Source: Geotalea daltonii FRC-32
Lineage (GTDB): Bacteria; Desulfobacterota; Desulfuromonadia; Geobacterales; Geobacteraceae
DNA length: 32,000 bases
Direction: 5' to 3'
NCBI RefSeq assembly: GCF_000022265.1
Contig: NC_011979.1
Span: forward strand, 600,001 to 632,000
Shown piece after piece: positions 17,370 through 25,443 of the stretch; position 1 is the first letter of the stretch, and the number at the start of each line of letters is the position of its first letter. The notes beneath the pieces were generated by a model. The model saw only the letters and a program-made list of their open reading frames with translations. It did no database searches and was not told the DNA's origin. Both the position numbers and the translations under genes were made by a program.

Positions 17370-17643
17370 AATAATCCTGTTGCACATCATCCTGTTGCCC
17401 ACACTGCTCTTTGCCTTCTATTTCCTTACCCTGGCGCCCCACCCCTATGTGGGGGTGGATGAGACGGTGGTCGAGAAAATTGCCGTGGAGCATGGCCGCA
17501 AGGTGCATGAACCCCTCATCGATCCGGGAGAGGGAGATTTGCTGCTCTTTCTTTTTCTTGGAGCCGGTGCTGCGGGAGGTTTTGTGGCCGGTTATTACTG
17601 GCGCCGGTTGGGCGAGAAATCTGACCGGCATGGGGAAGGTTGA
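17344..17643 (+). CDS. cbiN: Cobalt transport protein CbiN
   Basis: 99-aa protein with two TM segments. It sits between cbiM and cbiQ and overlaps the cbiM 3' end. Confidence 0.75.
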   Translation: MPGKKRRYRIILLHIILLPTLLFAFYFLTLAPHPYVGVDETVVEKIAVEHGRKVHEPLIDPGEGDLLLFLFLGAGAAGGFVAGYYWRRLGEKSDRHGEG

Positions 17644-18398
17644 TGCGTCATACCCTGCAACAGATACAGGTCGCTGATCATCCCTTAAGTCGCTATGATG
17701 CACGGGTCAAGCTTCTGGCGGTACTGGCCCTGCTGACGATGGTGCTCAGCTACCGGGGGGCGGCTTTCCCCCTGCTGCTGAGCGCCCTTTCCATCGCCCT
17801 GTGTCTGAGCCTCAAGGTGAGGCCACGGTTGCTGATGCTTCGTTTTGCCCAGCCCCTTTTCTTTGCCGCGGTGATCGTCCTGCTCAAGCTGTTCACTACC
17901 GGTGCAGTTCCCCTTTTTACCCTGTCTGTCTGGGGAATTAATCTTATCGGCTACAGTGACGGATTGGGCGAAGGGTTGCTCATTGCCGGCCGGATCGTGG
18001 GGGCAGTTTCCCTGGTTGCCCTCCTCGGTTTTTCCACCTCCTTTACCGATCTGATTTCGGCCTTGGCCTGGTTTCGGGTGCCCCAGGGGGTGATCGAGGT
18101 GGCCCTGTTTGCCTGGCGTTACCTGTTCGTTCTCTTTGAAGATGCCATGGTGATATACAACGCCCAGAAGAACCGTCTGGGTTATGCGGGTTATCCCCAG
18201 GGGCTGCGTTCTTTCGGCACCCTTGCCGGCGCCATGGTCATAAAGGCCTTCGACAACAGCCAGACCATCACCACCGCCATGGTCCAGCGGGGCTACGACG
18301 GCACGCTGCCCCCCATTCGCCAGCAGCCGTTCAGGGGGCGGGAGGTGGCTGCAACATTATTGGTCGTAGCTGTTTTGGGAGTTATCTGGAATGTTTAG
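17643..18398 (+). CDS. cbiQ: ECF transporter transmembrane (T) component CbiQ
   Basis: Polytopic protein with ARxLxxR-like motifs (AQKNRLGYAG). TGATG overlap with cbiN. Confidence 0.85.
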   Translation: MRHTLQQIQVADHPLSRYDARVKLLAVLALLTMVLSYRGAAFPLLLSALSIALCLSLKVRPRLLMLRFAQPLFFAAVIVLLKLFTTGAVPLFTLSVWGINLIGYSDGLGEGLLIAGRIVGAVSLVALLGFSTSFTDLISALAWFRVPQGVIEVALFAWRYLFVLFEDAMVIYNAQKNRLGYAGYPQGLRSFGTLAGAMVIKAFDNSQTITTAMVQRGYDGTLPPIRQQPFRGREVAATLLVVAVLGVIWNV

Positions 18399-19239
18399 CA
18401 CCGACGTTCGTATTTCCGTGAGCCTGGAGAGTTTCAAGTATCCCGATGGGACTGTGGCACTGTCTGATATTCATCTCGAGATCGGCCGCGGCGAGTTCTG
18501 CGGCATCCTCGGCGCCAACGGCTCGGGTAAGACCACACTGCTGAAGATCATGGATGGCCTGATCAAGGACTACCAGGGGCGGGTGCTTCTGGATGGGGAG
18601 GAGGTGCACCGGCTCCACCCCAGGGATATCTACCGCAAGATGGGGCTCGTCTTCCAGAACCCCGATGATCAGCTCTTTGCCCATACCGTCTCTGAAGATG
18701 TGGCCTTCGGCCCCCGCAATATGGGCTGCGGCGAAAACGAGGTGAGAGGACGGGTCGCGGATGCATTATTGGCGGTGGAAATGTCCGAATTCGGCGGCAA
18801 GGGTATTCACCATCTGAGCTATGGCCAGAAAAAAAGGGTCTGCATCGCCGGTCTGCTGGCCATGGGACATGAAATCCTCCTGCTGGACGAGCCGACGGCC
18901 GGGCTGGACCCCATGGGCGAGTACCGGATGATGGAGCTTTTGACCAGGCTGAACCGGGAAAATGGCGTGACCATAGTCATGGCTACCCACAGTGTTGACC
19001 TGGTGCCGATTTTTCTCCACCGGCTGCACATTCTCAGCAGGGGCAAGCTGGTGAGGGGTGGGGTGCCGGAGGAGGTCTTCACGGCACCCGAGGAGATGGC
19101 CAATGTAAAGCTGAGGCTGCCACACATCGCCGAGTTGATCCACCGGCTCAAGCACGAAGACCTGCTCCCATTCGGCCGGATACCGCTGACCATCGGCGAG
19201 GCGCGGCGGGAGATCGTGGAAACGCTCCGGGAGCGCTGA
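18391..19239 (+). CDS. cbiO: ECF transporter ATPase CbiO
   Basis: GANGSGKTT Walker A, LSYGQKKRV signature and LLLDEP Walker B. Confidence 0.9.
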   Translation: MFSTDVRISVSLESFKYPDGTVALSDIHLEIGRGEFCGILGANGSGKTTLLKIMDGLIKDYQGRVLLDGEEVHRLHPRDIYRKMGLVFQNPDDQLFAHTVSEDVAFGPRNMGCGENEVRGRVADALLAVEMSEFGGKGIHHLSYGQKKRVCIAGLLAMGHEILLLDEPTAGLDPMGEYRMMELLTRLNRENGVTIVMATHSVDLVPIFLHRLHILSRGKLVRGGVPEEVFTAPEEMANVKLRLPHIAELIHRLKHEDLLPFGRIPLTIGEARREIVETLRER

Positions 19240-20691
19240 TCAGTACTGCTGTTCAATCACCCTGGCCTTCAGCTTGCCAACGATACTGCCAACAAGGGCC
19301 ATTTGTTCCGGGCTTTCTCCCTCAACCAGCTTGATGTGGCTTGCGTTCACCGGCAGTTGCCCGAAGGTGGGGTCCACGGCCAGCCATTCACCCAGATAGC
19401 TTTCCGCCCAGCAATGGTAGAGAAAACCTTTGCCCTTGATGTATGCCAGCCCGGAGACGAAGCGGCTGGGAATACCCATGGCCCGTGCCATCGTAACATA
19501 GAGGAGGGCGTGGGACTGGCTGTTTCCTTCCCCTATTTTCATTGTTTCAAGGGGAGGGCGGCTGTCCATTGCGAGTCCCTTCACCTCTGTCGCCATCCAG
19601 CGGGTAAGCTTCTCGACTATCTTCAGGCGGTCCTGCTCTCCAGCGGCGATTTCTTTCGCCTTTGCCGCTATTTCCCCATTATCAACAGGAATTCTTGCAG
19701 TGGCTTCCAGAAAGGTGCCGAGCGCTGACTGGTCCTGGGTTCCATTGGCATTTTTTACCGTTAACGCTTTGGTCGTCTTAAATGCAATGGTGCCGTCCTC
19801 TTCCCTGGTTGCTTGTTGTCTGGCATCCCGGTACAGGGGGAACTCAGGAGGAAACCCGGAAAATGTTGCCGCCATCCGTTGCAGCTTTTCGGGATCGCTC
19901 AGCGGAGGCTCAACCTTGATCAGGCTGAAGTCCAGAATCAGATCTTTTCTTGCCATGGCCGCGTCGGCTATGAAATTCTGTACCGTGAGCGCATCTTCGG
20001 CCCTGGTCAGGATCATCTCGTCCCTGACCGATTCCTTGAGGGTATTTCCGGAGAGGTCGAGCCAGATATCGTTGTCGACGAAGGGGTAAAGGTCATTCTG
20101 CACGTGCAGGGCTTTGACCCCTCCGGGGAGGGTTTCCTGACCGATTACCTTGATTTCGACACCCTTGACCTTTATCCCTTCCACATCCAGCATCTGCACG
20201 TTATACGTTTTCCCCGGCACCGCTCCTTGCATGGGTGGATAAAAGTTCAGGGCCGGCGGGGGCAAAATCTTTTTCTTCACCTTGAGCGACTTGTTCTTCA
20301 TGTTACCGGCCGATTCAATGACCACCTTGATCGCCTTGCCTTCCACCACACCTTTTACTTTCATGGGACTGCCATCGATGGTCTGTTCCACCTGGAAGGA
20401 CTTAAGGGCGAGGTCCTTGCCCACACGGTAATTTTCCCGGGACGATGACTCCCTTGATACCGCCATGACCTTGAGCTTCACGCTCCCCTCGCTGAACAGC
20501 TCAAAACCGTCGGCTGTTTCAAGAACATTGGTGTGGGCAAAACCGACCCGTTCTCCATTCATACTGATGCTGAACCAGCGCTCGCCAAGGGGTGGGCCTT
20601 GCAGTCTGGGGATGGGTGCTGAAAGGCAGACAGACGACGGCATCATGGAAAAGATCAGCAGTAAAACATGGATAATACGGCGAATGGTCAT
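19240..20691 (-). CDS. Secreted transglutaminase-like domain protein (nucleophile position is Ser, not Cys)
   Basis: C-terminal core: GNSQSHALLYVTMARAMGIPSRFVSG...YHCWAESY...LAVDPT. The start is set at the MTIRRIIHVLLLIF... signal peptide (ATG at 20691, GAGGGGGA SD). A -10 box lies inside the longer ORF-track version. Confidence 0.75.
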   Translation of the reverse strand: MTIRRIIHVLLLIFSMMPSSVCLSAPIPRLQGPPLGERWFSISMNGERVGFAHTNVLETADGFELFSEGSVKLKVMAVSRESSSRENYRVGKDLALKSFQVEQTIDGSPMKVKGVVEGKAIKVVIESAGNMKNKSLKVKKKILPPPALNFYPPMQGAVPGKTYNVQMLDVEGIKVKGVEIKVIGQETLPGGVKALHVQNDLYPFVDNDIWLDLSGNTLKESVRDEMILTRAEDALTVQNFIADAAMARKDLILDFSLIKVEPPLSDPEKLQRMAATFSGFPPEFPLYRDARQQATREEDGTIAFKTTKALTVKNANGTQDQSALGTFLEATARIPVDNGEIAAKAKEIAAGEQDRLKIVEKLTRWMATEVKGLAMDSRPPLETMKIGEGNSQSHALLYVTMARAMGIPSRFVSGLAYIKGKGFLYHCWAESYLGEWLAVDPTFGQLPVNASHIKLVEGESPEQMALVGSIVGKLKARVIEQQY

Positions 20692-20754
20692 GGTGATCCC
20701 CCTCAGGATTATTTGCCATAGGGCATTTGTGGACAACGGTTCATCTGTTTCTTT

Positions 20755-20763
20755 ATTATACCA
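20755..20763 (-). promoter_or_regulatory. Candidate extended -10 promoter (TGgTATAAT) for the transglutaminase-like gene
   Basis: The minus strand reads tggtataat, about 60 nt upstream of the ATG at 20691. Confidence 0.3.
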
Positions 20764-20896
20764 AAGGGTTCTGGCCGCAATGGGACGGGGCAATAACAGG
20801 TCAGCGCCCAGTTTTTTTGCACTTGCATGTATCCATGTGGAGCGTTAAACTATAATCAAAGATAAGAGTTGCGAGGGTCGTGAGATCCTCATTATG

Positions 20897-20937
20897 CCCT
20901 AGCTGACTTGCCCTCCTAGTCACTAGGGTGTTTTTTT
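20897..20937 (+). terminator. Orphan intrinsic terminator on the + strand with no upstream + strand gene
   Basis: ccctagctgact / agtcactaggg forms an 11-bp stem with a 1-nt bulge and a 9-nt loop, followed by TGTTTTTTT. Confidence 0.55.
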
Positions 20938-20962
20938 GCCTGTATTCCGGATCGTCTCAAGG

Positions 20963-20980
20963 TGTGCCAATTCTTGCACA
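20963..20980. promoter_or_regulatory. TGTGCCAATTCTTGCACA, a half-palindromic site related to the palindrome at 23419-23436; it overlaps the putative -35 of the activator gene
   Basis: 14 of 18 positions are identical to TGTGCCAAGAGTGGCACA. Confidence 0.3.
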
Positions 20981-21002
20981 TTTTTCCTGATTAGTCTATG
21001 CT
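20974..21002 (+). promoter_or_regulatory. Candidate sigma-70 promoter of the hydrogenase-like sigma-54 activator gene
   Basis: TTGCAC (20974-20979), 17-bp spacer, TATGCT (20997-21002). Confidence 0.3.
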
Positions 21003-21037
21003 GTTCAGACCTAAATTCACCTACACGGAAAACCAAA

Positions 21038-23302
21038 ATGGAACCTATCATAACCCTTACCGAGAAATGCAGAAAGTGCTACTCCTGCGTTCGCAGTTGC
21101 CCGGTAAAGGCGATCAAGGTGGAAAAGACCTTCACTGAAATCATCTTCGAGCGCTGCATTGGTTGCGGCAATTGCTTGAGTAATTGCCCCCAGCATGCAA
21201 AGGTTGTTACCGACAAGGTGGGGGTCGTGGAGAACCTGCTGGCCGGTGAGGAGCCTGTCATTGCGGTTCTGGGGTGTTCCTTTCCTGCCTTCTTTCATAC
21301 CTTTTCGGCCGGCCAGCTGGCAGCAGGCCTGAAAAAATTGGGCTTTGCCGAAGTACATGAGGGGGCAGCCGGGGTCGAGCTCATAGCGGCCGGATACGCC
21401 GAGGCCATGGAAAAAAGCAGCGAGGTGCTGATTTCCTCACACTGTCCGGCCATTGTCGATCTCATCGAGCGTCATTACCCGACCCTGATAAAGAACCTGG
21501 TGCGGGTCATCTCGCCGATGGTGGCGATTGGCCGTTTTCTGAAAACTGCCTATGGTCCTGAAGTGAAGGTTGTCTACCTGAGTTCCTGCATTGCAGCAAA
21601 ATTCGAGATTCAGGCGGAGGAAACCCAAGGCGCTATCGATATGGTTCTTACCTATCGGGAGATGGAAGAAATCTTCCTTAAGCGGGGAATTCTACCGGCT
21701 CTTCTGGCGGAAGATGCCTTCGACGGTCTGGAGCCCCATCTGGGAAGGTTGTTTCCCATTGCGGAAGGTACCTTCAAGGCCTTTTCCATTGCCACCGACC
21801 CCCTTGATACGGAAATCGTCACCGCTGCCGGAGAGGTTAATGCCATGGGAATCATCAAGGACCTGGCGGCAGGGCGTATCAATCCGCGTATTGTCGATAT
21901 ACGTTTCTGTTATGACGGCTGTATCGGTGGCCCCGGCAAGAAATCAGAGCTGACAGAGTTCTACAAACGAAACCTCATCATTGCCCATTTCAAAAACGAT
22001 GCTCCCTATCGCACTGCTTCCCATTACCAGGGGGAGCAAAAGCAGATTTCCCTCACCCGTTCCTTTACCGGCAAATACGTCAGGCTGAAGGTGCCGAAGG
22101 GGAGCGACGTCAAAAAGATCCTTCATGCCACCAACAAATTCACCCAGAAGGACGAACTGAACTGCCGTGCCTGCGGGTACCGGACCTGCCGTGAGTATGC
22201 GGTTGCCGTTTATCAAGGGCTGGCGGATCTGGAGATGTGTCTGCCCCATACCCTGCAGCAGCTGGTAGAAGACCGCGGACGGCTGATCGAGAAATACGAG
22301 CTGGCCAGGAGGGAGCTGGACCGGGAATATGGCGATGAATTCATCGTCGGTGACGATGGAGGGACCATAGAGGTGCTGGATCTTATCAAGCAGGTGGGCC
22401 CCACGCCGACAACGGTGCTGATCCGGGGAGAATCCGGTACCGGCAAGGAGTTGACAGCTAGGGCCATACACCGCTACAGCAAGAGAAACGACAAGCCGCT
22501 GGTGACGGTCAACTGTACCACCATTACCGATTCGCTCCTGGAAAGCGAACTCTTCGGCCACAAAAAGGGCGCCTTTACCGGGGCTATCATCGACAAGAAG
22601 GGCCTGTTCGAGGCAGCGGACGGCGGGACCATCTTTCTCGACGAGATCGGCGACATAACGCCGAAACTGCAGGCCGAGCTTTTGCGGGTGCTCGACTCGG
22701 GGGAGGTGAGGCCGGTCGGCGGAACCACCTCAAGGAAGGTTGATGTCCGCCTCATCGCCGCTACCAATAAGGAGCTTGAAACGGGAGTCAGGGACGGCTG
22801 GTTCAGGGAGGATCTCTACTACCGGCTCAATGTCTTCGCCATCACCATGCCGCCTTTGCGCAGCCGGGTCGAATCCATTCCTCTCCTGGCCCACCATTTT
22901 CTGGAAAAGGCCCGCAACAAGTTGAACAAGAGCATCATCGGCCTGGAAGACCGGGCAGTCAAGGCGATGATGCAGTACTCGTGGCCCGGCAATATCAGGG
23001 AGATGCAGAACGTCATCGAGCGGGCTGCTGTTCTTACCCACGATGAGATCATCAAGCTGGGCAACCTGCCGCTGGTTTTTGCCGAAAACTATGCAGAAGA
23101 GGCCGATGATGTGCCTGACCTGAGATCGTTCAAGCTGGAGCGCGAACCGCACGTGATGAGAGTGGAGAAGAAGCTTATCCAGCGCTATCTGGCAGATGCC
23201 GGCGGCAATGTGTCAAAAGCGGCACAACTTGCCAATATCCCCCGGAGGAGCTTTTATCGACTGCTGGACAAGCATGGCCTGAAGGGGCGGGGAGCTGACT
23301 AA
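21038..23302 (+). CDS. Sigma-54-dependent transcriptional activator with an N-terminal 2x[4Fe-4S] ferredoxin, an [FeFe]-hydrogenase-like domain and a 4-Cys Fe-S sensor module
   Basis: Sensor motifs: CRKCYSCVRSCP and CIGCGNCLSNCP; SSHCP, SSCIAAK and FCYDGCIGGPG; CRACGYRTCREYA...C. Output motifs: GESGTGKE, GAFTGA and a C-terminal Fis-type HTH. The ATG at 21038 is the only plausible start, because the TTG at 20936 overlaps the terminator T-run. Confidence 0.9.
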   Translation: MEPIITLTEKCRKCYSCVRSCPVKAIKVEKTFTEIIFERCIGCGNCLSNCPQHAKVVTDKVGVVENLLAGEEPVIAVLGCSFPAFFHTFSAGQLAAGLKKLGFAEVHEGAAGVELIAAGYAEAMEKSSEVLISSHCPAIVDLIERHYPTLIKNLVRVISPMVAIGRFLKTAYGPEVKVVYLSSCIAAKFEIQAEETQGAIDMVLTYREMEEIFLKRGILPALLAEDAFDGLEPHLGRLFPIAEGTFKAFSIATDPLDTEIVTAAGEVNAMGIIKDLAAGRINPRIVDIRFCYDGCIGGPGKKSELTEFYKRNLIIAHFKNDAPYRTASHYQGEQKQISLTRSFTGKYVRLKVPKGSDVKKILHATNKFTQKDELNCRACGYRTCREYAVAVYQGLADLEMCLPHTLQQLVEDRGRLIEKYELARRELDREYGDEFIVGDDGGTIEVLDLIKQVGPTPTTVLIRGESGTGKELTARAIHRYSKRNDKPLVTVNCTTITDSLLESELFGHKKGAFTGAIIDKKGLFEAADGGTIFLDEIGDITPKLQAELLRVLDSGEVRPVGGTTSRKVDVRLIAATNKELETGVRDGWFREDLYYRLNVFAITMPPLRSRVESIPLLAHHFLEKARNKLNKSIIGLEDRAVKAMMQYSWPGNIREMQNVIERAAVLTHDEIIKLGNLPLVFAENYAEEADDVPDLRSFKLEREPHVMRVEKKLIQRYLADAGGNVSKAAQLANIPRRSFYRLLDKHGLKGRGAD

Positions 23303-23418
23303 CCTACACCAGTTGCGGTTTCACAAGTTTTAGTAATTTTATGATCCTGTTTGAGAACCTGCGCTTTGCTTTGGTTTTCCAGCTTGCAACGTGCAAAAAT
23401 GTCCATGGTTGTAATTGA

Positions 23419-23436
23419 TGTGCCAAGAGTGGCACA
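23419..23436. promoter_or_regulatory. Perfect palindrome TGTGCCA-AGAG-TGGCACA; candidate enhancer (UAS) for the adjacent sigma-54 activator
   Basis: 7-4-7 perfect inverted repeat centred ~107 bp upstream of the -24 element at 23534. Confidence 0.45.
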
Positions 23437-23533
23437 AAATGTATACAATATGTGAGATGAGAGTGACACTGCGTGGTTAAGAAAGCGCGCAATTTCCAAT
23501 GGTTAGTGGAAGCATCCTGATGATTTTCTTCTT

Positions 23534-23549
23534 TGGCACGCATATGGCA
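23534..23549 (+). promoter_or_regulatory. Sigma-54 (-24/-12) promoter
   Basis: TGGCACGCATATGGCA has GG and GC at the exact consensus spacing (TGGCAC-N5-TTGCA, one mismatch). It lies ~55 nt upstream of the RHH ORF. Confidence 0.6.
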
Positions 23550-23603
23550 AAGAAGAAAATATCTTCGGTAAAAATTAAAACACTGACTATAGGAGAACAC
23601 AAC

Positions 23604-23789
23604 ATGGGCAGAATGAGAGAGAATCCACGTTATAACGTAATTTCCATGAGGATCAGCGATGAAGAGAGGGAAACCCTGGAGCAGATCGTCAGTACCACCA
23701 ACAGAAGCGTTTCCGATATCATGAGAGAGGCAATGGACCTTGTCAAGGAGCGTTTAGGCTCTTTGGAAATGGCCCGCAAAGCCGCCTGA
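23604..23789 (+). CDS. Small ribbon-helix-helix (CopG/MobC-like) DNA-binding protein, 61 aa
   Basis: An AGGAGA SD sits 7 nt before the ATG at 23604. The NVISMRISDEERETLEQIV...RSVSDIMREAM pattern reads as beta-strand, helix, helix. The upstream in-frame ATGs lie upstream of or within the sigma-54 promoter. Confidence 0.55.
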   Translation: MGRMRENPRYNVISMRISDEERETLEQIVSTTNRSVSDIMREAMDLVKERLGSLEMARKAA

Positions 23790-23810
23790 ATAAAAGGGAA
23801 TCCGTAGAAC

Positions 23811-23840
23811 AAAAGAAGGCCGCATAAGCGGCCTTCTTTT
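23811..23840. terminator. Bidirectional intrinsic terminator shared by the RHH gene (+) and cysS (-)
   Basis: aaaagaaggccgc-ataa-gcggccttctttt is a perfect 13-bp stem with A/T runs on both sides. Confidence 0.8.
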
Positions 23841-23871
23841 ATGGTGGTTCCTGGTTTACCTCGTGGCTCAG

Positions 23872-25356
23872 CTATTTTACACTCCAGGTTGTTCCCTGTT
23901 GTGAATCGAGAAGGACGATGTTTTTGGCCGCGAGCTGGTCACGAATTTCGTCGCTTCGTTTGAAATCCTTTGCCTTTCTTGCCGCCGTCCTTTCGGCAAT
24001 CAGGCGTTCTATTTCATCGACTGCGATATCAAGATTGCCTGCTTTGCGGCTTTTGAGCCTTTCCAGAAATGATGCCGGCTTAGAGGAAAAAATACCGAGG
24101 ACGCCGGCGATCTTTGCCACTTCGGCCTTTATCAGGGTGCAGAGGCTGCAGATATTGTCGGATGCTCCAGCTGTTTCGCTCAGCACGCGGTTGACGCAGC
24201 GCACCAGGTCGAAAACGTGGGCCATGGCCAGGGCGGTATTGAAATCATCGTCCATGGCCTCTCCGAAACGGGCAGAAATGGAAGTTGTTTTGTCGAAAAG
24301 TTCCCCTTCGGCTTCATTCAATGATGATGCATCGACTGGGGCTCCGGTGCAGCCATTGCCAGCTGCCAGAGTCTCCTCTACTGCGGCCAGCGCTTTGTAA
24401 ATTCTTTCCAGCCCAGCCTCTGCCTCGGTCAGGTTCTGATCGGAAAAATCGATGGGCGAGCGGTAGTGGGCCGAAAGCAGGAAAAAGCGGAGCACCTCAT
24501 TGTCATACCGGTCCAGCACCTCTTTGATGGTAAAGAAGTTGCCCAGTGACTTGCTCATCTTTTCCGAGTTTATGTTGACGAAGCCATTGTGCAGCCAATA
24601 GTTGACGAAGGGCTTGCCGGTGGCAGCTTCGGACTGGGCGATTTCGTTTTCATGGTGGGGAAAGATCAGGTCTTTGCCGCCGCCATGGATGTCGAAGGTT
24701 GTCCCCAGATATTTCATGCTCATGGCTGAGCATTCAATGTGCCACCCGGGGCGGCCTTTCCCCCAGGGGGACTCCCAGAAGGGTTCGCCCGGCTTCGCCT
24801 CTTTCCAGAGGGCGAAATCCATGGGGTGGCGCTTGCGCTCGTCCACCTCTATCCTGGCGCCGGCCTGCATGTCCTCCAGGGTGCGCCCGGAAAGTTTCAG
24901 GTATGAGTCGAATTTCTCCACGCAGAAGTTGACGTCGCCCCCCGCCTGATAGGCAAAGTCCTTGTCGATGAGCGTCTGCACCAGGGAGATGATTTCGTCG
25001 ATATGCTCGGTAGCCTTCGGCTGGCAGGTGGGCAACTTCAGGCCCAGCCGTTCCATATCCCGGTCAAACTCCTTGATGAACCGCTCAGAGATGAGGTCAT
25101 AGGTCACCCCTTCACGATTGGCCCGGTTGATGATCTTGTCGTCGATGTCGGTGTAGTTGCGCACATAGGTCACATCCAGCCCAAGATGGCAGAAGTAGCG
25201 GTAGATGACGTCGAAAACCACATTTGCCCTGGCATGGCCGATGTGGCAGTGATCATAGACTGTGACCCCGCAGACATACATCTTGACCTTCCCCGGCTCG
25301 ACCGGGACAAACTCTTCTTTGTTTCCCGAAAGGGTATTATAGACGCGCAAGCCCAT
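23872..25356 (-). CDS. cysS: Cysteine--tRNA ligase
   Basis: 494 aa. HIGH motif (CHIGHARA), KMSKS motif and typical CysRS length. Confidence 0.95.
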   Translation of the reverse strand: MGLRVYNTLSGNKEEFVPVEPGKVKMYVCGVTVYDHCHIGHARANVVFDVIYRYFCHLGLDVTYVRNYTDIDDKIINRANREGVTYDLISERFIKEFDRDMERLGLKLPTCQPKATEHIDEIISLVQTLIDKDFAYQAGGDVNFCVEKFDSYLKLSGRTLEDMQAGARIEVDERKRHPMDFALWKEAKPGEPFWESPWGKGRPGWHIECSAMSMKYLGTTFDIHGGGKDLIFPHHENEIAQSEAATGKPFVNYWLHNGFVNINSEKMSKSLGNFFTIKEVLDRYDNEVLRFFLLSAHYRSPIDFSDQNLTEAEAGLERIYKALAAVEETLAAGNGCTGAPVDASSLNEAEGELFDKTTSISARFGEAMDDDFNTALAMAHVFDLVRCVNRVLSETAGASDNICSLCTLIKAEVAKIAGVLGIFSSKPASFLERLKSRKAGNLDIAVDEIERLIAERTAARKAKDFKRSDEIRDQLAAKNIVLLDSQQGTTWSVK

Positions 25357-25443
25357 GAAAATCCTTTAGTTTAGCGATTTGAAGCACCGGTGAATCTAGC
25401 ATAACCTGCTGTTGAAGTGAAGAAATTTTACCTCTGTCACGGG

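Noticed and set aside
20692-20793. Longer start for the transglutaminase-like protein
   Set aside because: The 34 extra residues precede an obvious signal peptide (MTIRRIIHVLLLIF...). An extended -10 box lies within them.
20936-21037. TTG start extending the activator by 34 codons
   Set aside because: The extension begins inside the terminator T-run and spans the candidate promoter. The ferredoxin domain starts right after the Met at 21038.
23372-23388. Second sigma-54-like element TGGttttccagcTTGCA
   Set aside because: The GG to GC spacing is 13 nt, one too many. The -24 region also lacks CAC. The site at 23534 is much better.
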